Shown: positions 32,849 through 43,611, counted from the first letter of the stretch. The stretch: 53,936 nucleotides of DNA from Candidatus Binatia bacterium (GCA_039917665.1 JBDSJB010000375.1:1-53936); one strand, 5' to 3'. Numbers and translations: made by a program. The notes: generated from the sequence alone by a model not told the origin.

Positions 32849-33726
32849 CGCAACCCCTGCGGGGTCTTGGCCGGCTTCGGCGTGCTGTTCGCTCCCGGTG
32901 AGCCGAGCCCGACCGGCGTGTCGCTGAGCGGGATGTCGACGGCAGTCGCGAAGTGATGGATGTCGCCGGTCTCGTCGTAGAGCGCGAGGTCGATGCGGAC
33001 GGCGCGCGGCAGACGGCGCGAATTTGGATCTTCCGAGTCCCAGAGCTCTCGCCACTCCGTGCCGTCGTAGAACGCGAACTCGAGGCTCGCGACGTCCTCG
33101 AGGAAAGCCGTCGCACGCGCGTCGTCGAGCGCGCGCCGCTCGATCATCGTGGCCTCGCGGCGCAGCAGGCGCCGCGGGCTCGTTCCGAGGATCGGCGGAT
33201 GCGCCGGCCCGAAGGCTGCGAAAAAATCGTCCGCATCGTCGGCGAGGAGATCGGTGCCGCCACGATTGGCCGGCCGCGCCCCGACGCTTCCGTCGTCGCC
33301 GCTCGCCGAGCCGGCCTCCTGACCGATATTCCCGTCGCGGCGGAGGCCGGTCCGATCGCGCGGAAAGAAATACGCGAGCATGCGCTGATCCGTACCGCGC
33401 CCGTCGAGACCCGCGGGCCGCGCCGACAGCGCCGTGAAGACGAGCGAGTCCAGTGGGGCGTCCTCGGTGCCGCCCTTCAGCACGCGAAAGATCGCGGTGC
33501 CGGAAAGCCCGACCGGGTAGTAGGCGGAGCCGATCTCGTCGGCCAATCGTCCGACGGCCGCGCGCCCGAGCCGGGTCACGTCTGCACGTTGCTCCGCGAT
33601 CATCTTGGAGCGCAACGTCCGGGAGAACGTCCCGTAGAGCATCGTCGTCACGATCCCGAAGATGGCGAGCGCCAGCATCACTTCCATCAGGGTGAAGCCC
33701 GCGACCTCGCGCCGTGTCGCCCTCAT
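32845..33726 (-). CDS. gspJ: T2SS minor pseudopilin GspJ
   Basis: AG/FTLMEVMLAL prepilin motif; FYDGTEWRELWDS...LPRAVRI C-terminus. Confidence 0.88.
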   Translation of the reverse strand: MRATRREVAGFTLMEVMLALAIFGIVTTMLYGTFSRTLRSKMIAEQRADVTRLGRAAVGRLADEIGSAYYPVGLSGTAIFRVLKGGTEDAPLDSLVFTALSARPAGLDGRGTDQRMLAYFFPRDRTGLRRDGNIGQEAGSASGDDGSVGARPANRGGTDLLADDADDFFAAFGPAHPPILGTSPRRLLRREATMIERRALDDARATAFLEDVASLEFAFYDGTEWRELWDSEDPNSRRLPRAVRIDLALYDETGDIHHFATAVDIPLSDTPVGLGSPGANSTPKPAKTPQGLR

Positions 33727-34106
33727 TTGCGCCGCACGTAGTAGGTGAGGGTGACGTCGTCGCCCGACTCGAGCTCGCCACGGAACACCCGCACCCGCAC
33801 CTCGCGCACGTTCGGGACCGGCGTCGGTGTCACCTCGCGCTCCCAGCGCAGCTCGGGATAGCGATCGGGGTAGTCGAGCTCGAAGTCGCCTTCCTCCATG
33901 CCGAGATCGGGGAAGGGACCAGCCTCGACCTCGGTCATGATGCCGCGCGCCAGGAGCGTCGCCTCGGTGACCCGCTGATCACGGGCGATGAGATCGATGT
34001 TGCGCACGTGCAGCGCGAGAAGACTCACGAGCGCCAGGCCCAGCACGGCCACGGCGACCAGCACCTCGAGGAGCGTGCAACCGCGATGGCCCTCAACGCC
34101 GGTCAT
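33723..34106 (-). CDS. gspI: T2SS minor pseudopilin GspI
   Basis: RG/CTLLEVLVAVAVL prepilin-like motif (Cys at +1), 127 aa, position between gspH and gspJ. Confidence 0.85.
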   Translation of the reverse strand: MTGVEGHRGCTLLEVLVAVAVLGLALVSLLALHVRNIDLIARDQRVTEATLLARGIMTEVEAGPFPDLGMEEGDFELDYPDRYPELRWEREVTPTPVPNVREVRVRVFRGELESGDDVTLTYYVRRK

Positions 34107-34737
34107 CGTGCTTCCGCCGGAACATGCTGCCGCCGTCCTGACGCGCCTCGCCCGGCCGGGTCTGCTCCCGCTCCGGGTCGCGGTCGATCGTCACGTAGCG
34201 GTCCGCGACGCGGGTGCGACCCGTGAGCGGCTCGATCGCCATCGTGGTCTCGTTCCCGGAGCGTCCACGCAGGTGCACCACCAGCGGATCCGCCCAGCCG
34301 TCGGGCGAGAATTGCGCGAAGACGATGCCCTCGGTGACCTTGCCCACCGCGGGCAAGACGACGTCGCGAAAGGCCACGGAGTCGGGCAGCGCCGTCGGCT
34401 TTGCCAGCGACGAGCGCGACGGCACGAACTCGGGATCGTCCGGATCGCCGCCGAGCTCGGTCACGAAGTACACCTGCTGGTCGAGGTCGAGGTTGAGACG
34501 CATCGGCAGCCGTCGATACGCTGCCTCGTCGTAGAGATAGCGGACGGCGGTCGCGAGCCGCGCCGTGCTGCTGGTGAGCGCCTGGGACTCCGGATCGCGG
34601 AGACGCGGCGCGATGAAGCTCGCCGCGATGCCGAGGATCAGGAGAACGACGCTCAGCTCGAGAAGGGTGAAACCGGACGAACCGTGACGCGCGCGGGCCG
34701 TCGGCTCAGAGCTGCGTCCGGCCGTCGATGTCGGCAT
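34093..34737 (-). CDS. gspH: T2SS minor pseudopilin GspH (start 34737 or 34749)
   Basis: SG/FTLLELSVVLLILG prepilin motif, FSPDG, IEPLTGR; 5' end overlaps gspG 3' end. Confidence 0.85.
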   Translation of the reverse strand: MPTSTAGRSSEPTARARHGSSGFTLLELSVVLLILGIAASFIAPRLRDPESQALTSSTARLATAVRYLYDEAAYRRLPMRLNLDLDQQVYFVTELGGDPDDPEFVPSRSSLAKPTALPDSVAFRDVVLPAVGKVTEGIVFAQFSPDGWADPLVVHLRGRSGNETTMAIEPLTGRTRVADRYVTIDRDPEREQTRPGEARQDGGSMFRRKHDDRR

Positions 34738-35140
34738 ATTTGCCTTCACCGCCCTCCGAGCCGTCAGCGCCGTACGATTTGACCGCGTAGGCGTCGCCGT
34801 CGCTCAAGAACGCGTACGGATTGCCCCACGGGTCGACGGGCAACGACTCCAGGTAGCCGTCGGGATTCCAGCGCCGCGGAACGTTGCCGCCCTCGGGGCG
34901 CGTCACCAGGGCCTGCAGGCCCTGGTCGGTGGTCGGGTAGATGCCGTTGTCGAGCTTGTAGAGGTGGAGCGCCTCTTCGATCTTCTTGACGTCGGCGACC
35001 GCCTTCACCTTGCGGGCTTCGTCCGTACGGCCGACGATGCGCGGCGCCACGAGCGTGACCAAGAGGCCGAGGATGAACACCACGACCATGATCTCGATCA
35101 ACGTGAATCCGGCTTGTCCGCCCCGACGAAGCTCCCGCAT
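34706..35140 (-). CDS. gspG: T2SS major pseudopilin GspG
   Basis: AG/FTLIEIMVVV, LYKLDNGIYPTTDQGLQALV, DPWGNPY, SYGADG..GGEG..ADI; GGAGG SD. Confidence 0.96.
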   Translation of the reverse strand: MRELRRGGQAGFTLIEIMVVVFILGLLVTLVAPRIVGRTDEARKVKAVADVKKIEEALHLYKLDNGIYPTTDQGLQALVTRPEGGNVPRRWNPDGYLESLPVDPWGNPYAFLSDGDAYAVKSYGADGSEGGEGKYADIDGRTQL

Positions 35141-35161
35141 CACAGGCCCTCCAACTTCGGG

Positions 35162-35190
35162 ACGATACCAAGGAGCCCCGGTCGCCTCAA
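35162..35190 (-). promoter_or_regulatory. Putative internal sigma70 promoter for gspG-N
   Basis: Minus strand TTGAGG-N17-TATCGT with TG extended -10, about 20 nt before gspG start. Confidence 0.5.
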
Positions 35191-35259
35191 TGTAGGGGGC
35201 GCATCGGCGCACCCGAGATGGATGCGCGCTCTTTGCGCCCGAGCTCGCGACAGTGCCGT

Positions 35260-35505
35260 CTACAGGAACGCCTTCCACCAGGGGGCGCCGCTCTGCCGAT
35301 ACTTAGCACCCGTCGCGGCCCTGGCCGCCGGCTTCTTCGCAGCGGTTGGCTTCTTCGCGACGGCAGCTTTGGCTGCGGGCTTCTTCGCGGGCGCGGCTTT
35401 CACCGTCGCGCGAGCCTTGTTGACTTTGGCGGCGCGCGTGCTCGGCGTGGGCTTCGCAGCGCGTGCAGACTTCTTCGCGGGACGCGTCGATTTCTTGGTT
35501 TTCAT
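35260..35505 (-). CDS. Small basic Lys/Ala/Pro-rich histone H1-like protein
   Basis: 81 aa; TAAGGAG SD 8 nt upstream of ATG; AKKP repeats, no Asp/Glu; fills the gspF-gspG gap in the same orientation. Confidence 0.75.
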   Translation of the reverse strand: MKTKKSTRPAKKSARAAKPTPSTRAAKVNKARATVKAAPAKKPAAKAAVAKKPTAAKKPAARAATGAKYRQSGAPWWKAFL

Positions 35506-35564
35506 TCGTGCATCTCCTTAGTGGAAGGCCATGGAGGCCGCAACTCGTTGGCGCGTTTCGCTGC

Positions 35565-36782
35565 TCATTTGACGATGCGATTCAGCTCGAAGATCGGCAG
35601 CAGGATCGCGAGCACGATGAAAAGCACGACGCCACCCATGAAGACGATGATGATCGGCTCGAGAATCGTCGTGAGCGCGACGACCGCGTTCTCGACCTCG
35701 TCGTCGTACGCGTCGGCCGCCTTGCCGAGCATCTCCTCGAGCTGGCCGCTGCGCTCACCGACGGCCACCATGTGGACGACGAGCGGCGGAAAGAGCCCGC
35801 TCTCGCGGAGCGGCGGCGCGATGCTCTGGCCTTCGCGGATCGCGTCGCGCGCACGCTCGATGGCGCGTGTCAGCACGGTGTTGTCGACGATGCTCTTCAC
35901 GATGTCGAGCGCGGGCAGCAGCCCGATGCCGCTCGCGAGCAGCGTCGCGAGCGTGCGGGCGAAACGGGCGACCGCGAGCTTCTGCGCGAGCCGGCCGAAG
36001 TAGGGCACCGCGAGCGTCAGCCGGTCGACGCGGTCGCGCCCGGCGGGCGTCTTGGCCCAACGGCTGACCCCGACCGCGATCCCGGCGATCAGCATCAGGA
36101 GGAGCCACCACCACTGCGCCACGAAATCGGACAGCCCGAGCAAGAACCGCGTCGGCAGCGGCAGCTGCTGGTGCGTTTCCTGGAAGATGCGGGTCACCTT
36201 CGGCACCACATACGACAAGAGAAAGAAGAGGATGGTCATGCTCAGCAGGAGCATGATCGCCGGGTAGGTGAGGGCGCTCCGCACCTTGCCGAGCAGCCGC
36301 GCTTGGTTCTCCGTGTAGTCGGCGAGCCGGGCCAGCACGACGTGGAGCGCGCCGCTCGCTTCGCCGGCGCGCACCATGTTCACGTAGAGCGACGCGAAGA
36401 GCCGGGGATGGCGCCCGAGCGCCTCGGCGAGCGACGCGCCTTCGGTGACCTCTTGCCGCACCTGCGAGAGGACCCGCGAGAGCGCGGGCCGCTCGGCTTG
36501 CTCGGCGAGCGCACCGAGCGCCTCGACGAGCGGCAGACCGGCCGCCACCAGCGTCGAGAACTGCCGCGTGATTGCCGCCAGCTCGGCCGCGGGAATCCGT
36601 TCGGCTCGGCGCGCGAGCACCGCGACGGTCGGACCGGCACCGCGCTGCTCCTCGTTCAGATCGGTCGGGAAGACCCCCGTCTTCCGGAGCTTGATGCGCG
36701 CTCCGCGCGGACTCTCCGCATCGACGACGCCGCCGACGGCACGGCCACCGGTGTCGAGACCGCGATACGCGTAGAGCGGCAT
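35565..36782 (-). CDS. gspF: T2SS inner membrane platform protein GspF
   Basis: MPLYAYRGLD, TRQFSTLVAAGLPL, RAGEASG, ALTYP, LPLPTR, GERSGQLEEML, LEP...LLPIF. Confidence 0.95.
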   Translation of the reverse strand: MPLYAYRGLDTGGRAVGGVVDAESPRGARIKLRKTGVFPTDLNEEQRGAGPTVAVLARRAERIPAAELAAITRQFSTLVAAGLPLVEALGALAEQAERPALSRVLSQVRQEVTEGASLAEALGRHPRLFASLYVNMVRAGEASGALHVVLARLADYTENQARLLGKVRSALTYPAIMLLLSMTILFFLLSYVVPKVTRIFQETHQQLPLPTRFLLGLSDFVAQWWWLLLMLIAGIAVGVSRWAKTPAGRDRVDRLTLAVPYFGRLAQKLAVARFARTLATLLASGIGLLPALDIVKSIVDNTVLTRAIERARDAIREGQSIAPPLRESGLFPPLVVHMVAVGERSGQLEEMLGKAADAYDDEVENAVVALTTILEPIIIVFMGGVVLFIVLAILLPIFELNRIVK

Positions 36783-36804
36783 CAGCGCCGCCGCGGCTCT
36801 GCGC

Positions 36805-38463
<1,659 letters not shown>

Positions 38464-38469
38464 GAGCGC

Positions 38470-41100
38470 TCAGTGCTCGGCGGTTGTCGTGGCCTCGGGA
38501 CGGGCCGCGCCGAGCGACAACGTGACCGTACCACCGCGCGTCACGAGGTCATAGGCTGGGACATCGGAGGTCGTGAGGTCGAGCACGAGCCGCATTCTCC
38601 CGGCGTGATGGGCAACCCGCACCCGGCGGACGAGCGGATCCGTGACCTTGATGAACTCGACCTTCGCCCGCTTGTTGCTGTCGCCGAACACGTCCATGAC
38701 GATGCGCCCCGGCTCCTCCAACGTGTAGTGGGCGACCCGCGTCGGCGTACCCGCCATCGTCAGATTGATCGCCGCGCCATCCTTTCGGCGATCGACGTTG
38801 ATCGCCGAGAGCTCGAGCTCACCCGGCAACGCCGGACCCGGTTCCGGCACTATCCCCGCACCCGGCTCCCCGACGGGCAGCTCGCGATCCTCCGGCAGAT
38901 TGAAGGAGGGCATGTCCAGGGGATCGGGGTGGCGGCGCGGCGCCGACTGATCCATGAGGCCGCGGAATCGATCGCGCTCGGCAATCGATACCTCGGCGGC
39001 GTCCGCTTCGTCCTTGATGATGTGCGGCGTCAAGAAGATCAGGAGATTGATCTTGTTCTTGTTGCCCGAGTTGGTCTTGAAGAGGTTCCCGATGACGGGG
39101 ATGTCCGCGAGGAATGGTACCTTGCTCTGCTGCGAGTTGATCGCGTCGGAAATGAGGCCACCGATGACGATGGTCTGACCGTTCCGGACGTTGATCGTGG
39201 TGCTGGCGCTCCGCACCGTCGTGGTCGGTCCGACCTCGTTCGCATCCAGCAACGGATTCGGCACGATCGCCGAGACCTCCTCGAACAGGGAGAGGCGCAC
39301 CATCTGCCCCTCGGAGATCTGGGGCGTCAGCCGCAGCGTGATGCCGACGTCCTCGCGCTCGATGGTGGCAAAGGTGTTCGAGAGATTGGTCTCGCTCGTA
39401 GCTCGGCTCGCGACGAACGGCACATTCTGGCCGACCACGATCTCCGCTTCCTCGTTGTCGGTGGTCAACAGATTCGGCGCCGAGAGAATGTTGACGTCGT
39501 TGGTGCTGTCGAGGGCGCGGAGAAGCGCCGCCTGCGCCGGGACCTTCGTCCCGTCCGGCAACGTCACCGTCTGCTCCGACAAGGCCGCGAGCACCAAGCC
39601 CGACAAGTTGGCGGGATTGGTGAGGACGCTGTTGATGCCACCGAGGTTAGTGCGACCGAGGCCGACACCGTTCGGCAGACCCAACCCGCCTTGCAGCTCG
39701 ATGCCGAGCGCACGCGTGCGGTCGACGGTCACCTCGAGAATGATCGCCTCGACGTAGACTTGGCGGCGGCGGATGTCGAGCTTCTCGATCACGCCTTTGA
39801 TGATGGCGAAATCCTCGGGCGCCGCGGCCACGACCAACGCGTTGGTGGCCGGGTCGGCCGTGATGCGGACGTCACCGGAGAAGTCGATCGCCGATTGCTG
39901 TCCCTGCGGTGCCTGTCCACCCGCGGGGTTCGGCTGGCGCTGCTGGCGGTTCTGGGATGAGCGCCGCAGGCTGCTCCCGGTCGACCGGCGATTCCGTCCC
40001 TGCTGATTCACGCCGCCTTGCTGGTTCGGTTGACGGTTTTGCGCACGGCCGCCCGCCGACGAGCCGCCGGCCGCGCCCGTCACGTCGAGCAGTACCGGCA
40101 GCATGTCCTCAGCGTCCGCGAACTTCAGGTAGTAGACGTGCACGCGTCCGCTGCCCGGTGGCAGCGGCACGTCGAGGCGCTCGATGAGCGCTTTGATCTG
40201 CTGCAGCTGGTCGGGTGGGGCGCTCACGATCAGCGTATTCGTGCGGTCGTCGGCGGTGATTTTGAAGGCCTTCAGCTGCGCGCTCGCCGCGGGCTTGCCG
40301 CCCGCCGGTGGGGCCGCCGGCGCGTTCCGCTCCTCGAGCGCCGCCTGTACGGTTTCCGCGAGCTCCCCGGCCGCGGCGTACCGCAGGCTCAGCATCGCCG
40401 TCTGACGGCGCGAGCTCGCGACGTCGAGCTCGAGGACGAGCTTGCTCAAGCGCTCCACGTTGGCGGCGGAGTCGACGAGGATGAGCGCGTTCGTTTGCGG
40501 GTAACCCGTCACGAGGCCGTCGGCCGAGACCATCGGCTGCAACACGCCGATGATGTCCGCCACGTCGACCTGGTGGAGCGGCACGAGCCGCGTCACGTAC
40601 TCCTCGCTCGGCGCGTGGGCTTGGCCGTCGACGGTGCGGAGGCTCGTAGCTTTCGCGTCCTTGGTCGGAATGATGCGGACGGCGGCGCCGCTCGGCACCG
40701 TCGTGAAGCCCTTCACCTGCAGCACCGCTTGGAAGACCTGGTAGGCCTCGTCGGGGGTGATGCGCGTCGGCGAGACCACGGTGACTTTGCCCTGGACGCG
40801 CTCGTCCATCACGAAGTTCTTGCCGGTGATCTCGCCAATGAATTTCACGAGGACGGCGATGTCGACGTCCTGAAAGTCCATCGTGATGTAGCGCTCGCCG
40901 TCGCTCTCGACGATGGCAGGACCCGCGCCCGACGGCGAGCCGGCAACGCTCGTCGGCGTCCGCACGACGGCTGGCGTCTCGTCATCGGCGGCGCGCGCGG
41001 CCGCGACGAGAATCGTCGCGCCGACGACGGCGGCGAGGCAACCGGTCAGTCTTCCGACCAGCGGCTTCGTTGCTCTGGCTACCCGTGCTGCCACTGTCAC
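38470..41100 (-). CDS. gspD: T2SS secretin GspD with C-terminal AMIN-like domain
   Basis: MDFQDVDI..ITGKNF N0, N1-N3 repeats, LDIRRRQVYVEAIILEV, VGQNVPF, KVPFLADIPVIGNLFK, NLLIFLTPHII. Confidence 0.95.
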   Translation of the reverse strand: MTVAARVARATKPLVGRLTGCLAAVVGATILVAAARAADDETPAVVRTPTSVAGSPSGAGPAIVESDGERYITMDFQDVDIAVLVKFIGEITGKNFVMDERVQGKVTVVSPTRITPDEAYQVFQAVLQVKGFTTVPSGAAVRIIPTKDAKATSLRTVDGQAHAPSEEYVTRLVPLHQVDVADIIGVLQPMVSADGLVTGYPQTNALILVDSAANVERLSKLVLELDVASSRRQTAMLSLRYAAAGELAETVQAALEERNAPAAPPAGGKPAASAQLKAFKITADDRTNTLIVSAPPDQLQQIKALIERLDVPLPPGSGRVHVYYLKFADAEDMLPVLLDVTGAAGGSSAGGRAQNRQPNQQGGVNQQGRNRRSTGSSLRRSSQNRQQRQPNPAGGQAPQGQQSAIDFSGDVRITADPATNALVVAAAPEDFAIIKGVIEKLDIRRRQVYVEAIILEVTVDRTRALGIELQGGLGLPNGVGLGRTNLGGINSVLTNPANLSGLVLAALSEQTVTLPDGTKVPAQAALLRALDSTNDVNILSAPNLLTTDNEEAEIVVGQNVPFVASRATSETNLSNTFATIEREDVGITLRLTPQISEGQMVRLSLFEEVSAIVPNPLLDANEVGPTTTVRSASTTINVRNGQTIVIGGLISDAINSQQSKVPFLADIPVIGNLFKTNSGNKNKINLLIFLTPHIIKDEADAAEVSIAERDRFRGLMDQSAPRRHPDPLDMPSFNLPEDRELPVGEPGAGIVPEPGPALPGELELSAINVDRRKDGAAINLTMAGTPTRVAHYTLEEPGRIVMDVFGDSNKRAKVEFIKVTDPLVRRVRVAHHAGRMRLVLDLTTSDVPAYDLVTRGGTVTLSLGAARPEATTTAEH

Positions 41101-41124
41101 CGCCTCTCGCCCCGCCCGTACGGG

Positions 41125-42003
41125 TCAGCGAATCTCGTAGGAAAAATTCTTGCTTTGTTTGTTGCGCTGCAAGTCGACGGCGATGTGCCCTTCGTTCTGC
41201 AGCTCGGTGAAGAGCGAGATGGCCTTGGTGGGATCGGTGAGCTCGACGCCGTTCACGCGGTTGATGACGTCGCCGTTCTGCAGCCCGATCTTCTCGAAGA
41301 CCGAGCCCGGCTTGATGGCGAACACGCGAAAGCCGACCGTCTTGCCATCCTGGAAGAACGGGACCGCGCGCGCCTGCGTGAACACCTCGTTGATGTTGGC
41401 GACCGTCTGCTCGAGCTCGCGGCGATCGATCACGAACTTGTTGTCGGCGGTCTTGCGGATGCGGTCGCTGGCCGGCGCGCCGCCGGCAGCAGGCGCGGCG
41501 TCCTTGCCACTCGCGCGGGCCGACGAGATCTCGAGGACCTCCTCGGCGCCGTCGCGCTCCAAGATGACGCGATCCCATTCGACGCGGGCGAGGGTGGCCA
41601 CCTCGATCACCGTGTCGCCGACCCGGTACAGCATCTGTCGGCGCGCCGCTTGGTCTTCGATGATGGCGAACGATTGCGACGGCTCGTGTCCGAGCGCCGT
41701 GCCCCAGAGCTTGAGATTCAAATCGGTGCGCTTGAAGGTTTCGGCGGCGCCACTCGCGCGCTCGGTCGACGCGCCTTTGACTCTATTGAACACGTCGCGC
41801 TCGGCGATGACGGCGTACGCAGCCTCGGGATCGACCGCGGCCGACGCGACCTGCGACGGTGCCGCAGCGACCGCACGCGGCGGCGCGACGGCGAGGCGCG
41901 CGGCGACGATTCCGCTCGCGATACGCGCGGCGAAGAACGCGATCATCGCGAGCAACACCAGATTCAGCGCGATCAGCGCCGGTCGCCACGAGGCAGTCAG
42001 CAT
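41125..42003 (-). CDS. gspC: T2SS protein GspC with PDZ domain
   Basis: ATG 42003; N-terminal TM, LKLWGT...AIIED...YRVGD HR domain, GFRVFAIKPGSVFEKIGLQNGDVI PDZ. Confidence 0.92.
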   Translation of the reverse strand: MLTASWRPALIALNLVLLAMIAFFAARIASGIVAARLAVAPPRAVAAAPSQVASAAVDPEAAYAVIAERDVFNRVKGASTERASGAAETFKRTDLNLKLWGTALGHEPSQSFAIIEDQAARRQMLYRVGDTVIEVATLARVEWDRVILERDGAEEVLEISSARASGKDAAPAAGGAPASDRIRKTADNKFVIDRRELEQTVANINEVFTQARAVPFFQDGKTVGFRVFAIKPGSVFEKIGLQNGDVINRVNGVELTDPTKAISLFTELQNEGHIAVDLQRNKQSKNFSYEIR

Positions 42004-42073
42004 GCCCCTGCAGCTCATAAGGTAAAGGTCCCAGGCGTTCAAGCGAGGGTACGCGCCATGTGCGCTGCCTCGC

Positions 42074-42102
42074 TTGTCTTTCGCCCTGAATCCCCGCATA
42101 CG
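42074..42102 (+). promoter_or_regulatory. Putative sigma70 promoter of lysS (leaderless configuration)
   Basis: TTGTCT-N17-CATACG then 6 nt to ATG 42109; no clear SD. Confidence 0.35.
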
Positions 42103-42108
42103 AACGAG

Positions 42109-43593
42109 ATGGACGCGGAGCACGAGCAAGTACTCGTCCGCCGAAGGAAGCTCGCCGAGCTCGTGCGGCTCGGGTGCGCGCCCTATCCGAACGATTTTCG
42201 GCCGCGCGACACCGCGGCGGACCTCTTGAAGCGCTGGAACGACACGCCGAACGAGGCACTGGAGGCGACTCCCGTCGCCGTGACGCTCGCGGGGCGCCTG
42301 ATGGCGATTCGCGATTTCGGCAAAGCCGCCTTCGTCCACATGCAGGACGCCACCGGACGGCTCCAGATCTACGTGCAGCGCGCCGAGGTCGGCGACGACG
42401 CGTGGGCGCGCTTTCGCCAGCTCGATCTCGGCGACATCGTCGGCGTCGAAGGCCGCCTGTTTCGCACCAAAACGAACGAGCTCACAGTCGGCGCCGCCGC
42501 CGTGCACTATCTCGCCAAGGCCCTCCAACCGCTGCCCGAGAAGTGGCACGGCCTCCAAGACGTCGAGCGCCGCTACCGGCAGCGCTACCTCGATCTTCTT
42601 GCCAACCCCGAGACGCGCGAGGTGTTCCGCAAGCGCGCACTCCTGCTGCAGGGCCTCCGCAGCTTCTTCACGGCGCGCGGCTTCCTCGAAGTCGAAACAC
42701 CGATGATGCAGGCGATCGCCGGCGGCGCGCTCGCGCGCCCCTTCGTCACGCATCACAACACGCTCGACCTCGACCTCTACCTGCGCATCGCGCCCGAGCT
42801 CTACCTGAAGCGCCTGGTCGTCGGCGGGATGGATCGCGTGTTCGAGCTGAACCGCAATTTCCGGAACGAGGGGATGTCGACCGAGCACAACCCCGAGTTC
42901 ACCATGCTCGAGTTCTACCAAGCGTACGCGAACTACGCGGACCTGATGGACGTGACGGAGACGCTCTTCGCCGAGCTCGCGCAGCAGCTGACCGGCGGCC
43001 TCGTGATCCCGTGGGGCGACCACACCATCGATCTCACGCCCCCCTGGACCAGACTCACGGTGAAGGACGCGGTCGCGCAGTACACTGGGATCGCGCGCGC
43101 CGCGGTCGACGACGAAGCGACGCTCCGCACGTACGCCGCGACCCACGGCATTCCGGTCCCCGCCGACGCGCCCTACGGCAAGGTGCTGATCGAGCTCTTC
43201 GAGAAGACCGGCGAGGCCGAGCTCATCCAGCCGACATTCATCACCGAGTATCCCGTCGAGGTGTCGCCGCTCGCACGCTCGTCCGATCGCGACCCCGCGA
43301 TCGTCGATCGCTTCGAGCTCTTCATCGGCGGCCGCGAGCTCGCCAACGGGTTCTCCGAGCTGAATGATCCCGCCGAGCAACGGGCCCGTTTCGAGATGCA
43401 GCTCCGCGCCAAGGCCGGGGGCGACGTCGAAGCCCACGCGATGGACGAGGACTACGTCCGCGCGCTCGAGCACGGCATGCCGCCGACGGCGGGCGAGGGG
43501 ATCGGCATCGACCGACTCGCAATGCTGCTCACCAACTCACCGTCGATTCGCGACGTGATCTTGTTTCCGCAGCTCCGCCCGGAGCGGCGCTAA
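42109..43593 (+). CDS. lysS: Lysine--tRNA ligase (class II)
   Basis: ATG 42109; LPEKWHGL, RYRQRYLDL, EVETPMM, LRIAPELYLKRL, FRNEG, HNPEFT, GMPPTAGEGIGIDRL. Confidence 0.98.
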   Translation: MDAEHEQVLVRRRKLAELVRLGCAPYPNDFRPRDTAADLLKRWNDTPNEALEATPVAVTLAGRLMAIRDFGKAAFVHMQDATGRLQIYVQRAEVGDDAWARFRQLDLGDIVGVEGRLFRTKTNELTVGAAAVHYLAKALQPLPEKWHGLQDVERRYRQRYLDLLANPETREVFRKRALLLQGLRSFFTARGFLEVETPMMQAIAGGALARPFVTHHNTLDLDLYLRIAPELYLKRLVVGGMDRVFELNRNFRNEGMSTEHNPEFTMLEFYQAYANYADLMDVTETLFAELAQQLTGGLVIPWGDHTIDLTPPWTRLTVKDAVAQYTGIARAAVDDEATLRTYAATHGIPVPADAPYGKVLIELFEKTGEAELIQPTFITEYPVEVSPLARSSDRDPAIVDRFELFIGGRELANGFSELNDPAEQRARFEMQLRAKAGGDVEAHAMDEDYVRALEHGMPPTAGEGIGIDRLAMLLTNSPSIRDVILFPQLRPERR

Positions 43594-43611
43594 AGCGAAA
43601 AGGCGGTTCCG

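Noticed and set aside
31805-33781. 658-aa GspK ORF
   Set aside because: The N-terminal half overlaps gspJ in another frame; the prepilin motif places the start at 32848
35325-35480. Repeated (G)CTTCTTCGC units as a DNA repeat array
   Set aside because: They encode the AKK repeats of the small basic protein; irregular spacing, no spacers, not CRISPR
35547-35565. TTGGCGCG...CTGCT resembling a sigma54 site
   Set aside because: GG-to-GC spacing is off by one and it points away from the adjacent minus-strand genes
39890-40080. Gln/Asn/Gly/Arg-rich low-complexity stretch in gspD
   Set aside because: Corresponds to the variable disordered loop known in the N3 domain of secretins
41125-43473. 782-aa ORF suggesting a large GspC fusion
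   Set aside because: The extension is antisense to lysS; GspC begins near ATG 42003
40018-43593. 1191-aa ORF suggesting an N-terminally extended LysS
   Set aside because: The upstream part is the stop-free antisense shadow of gspD/gspC; LysS homology begins at ATG 42109
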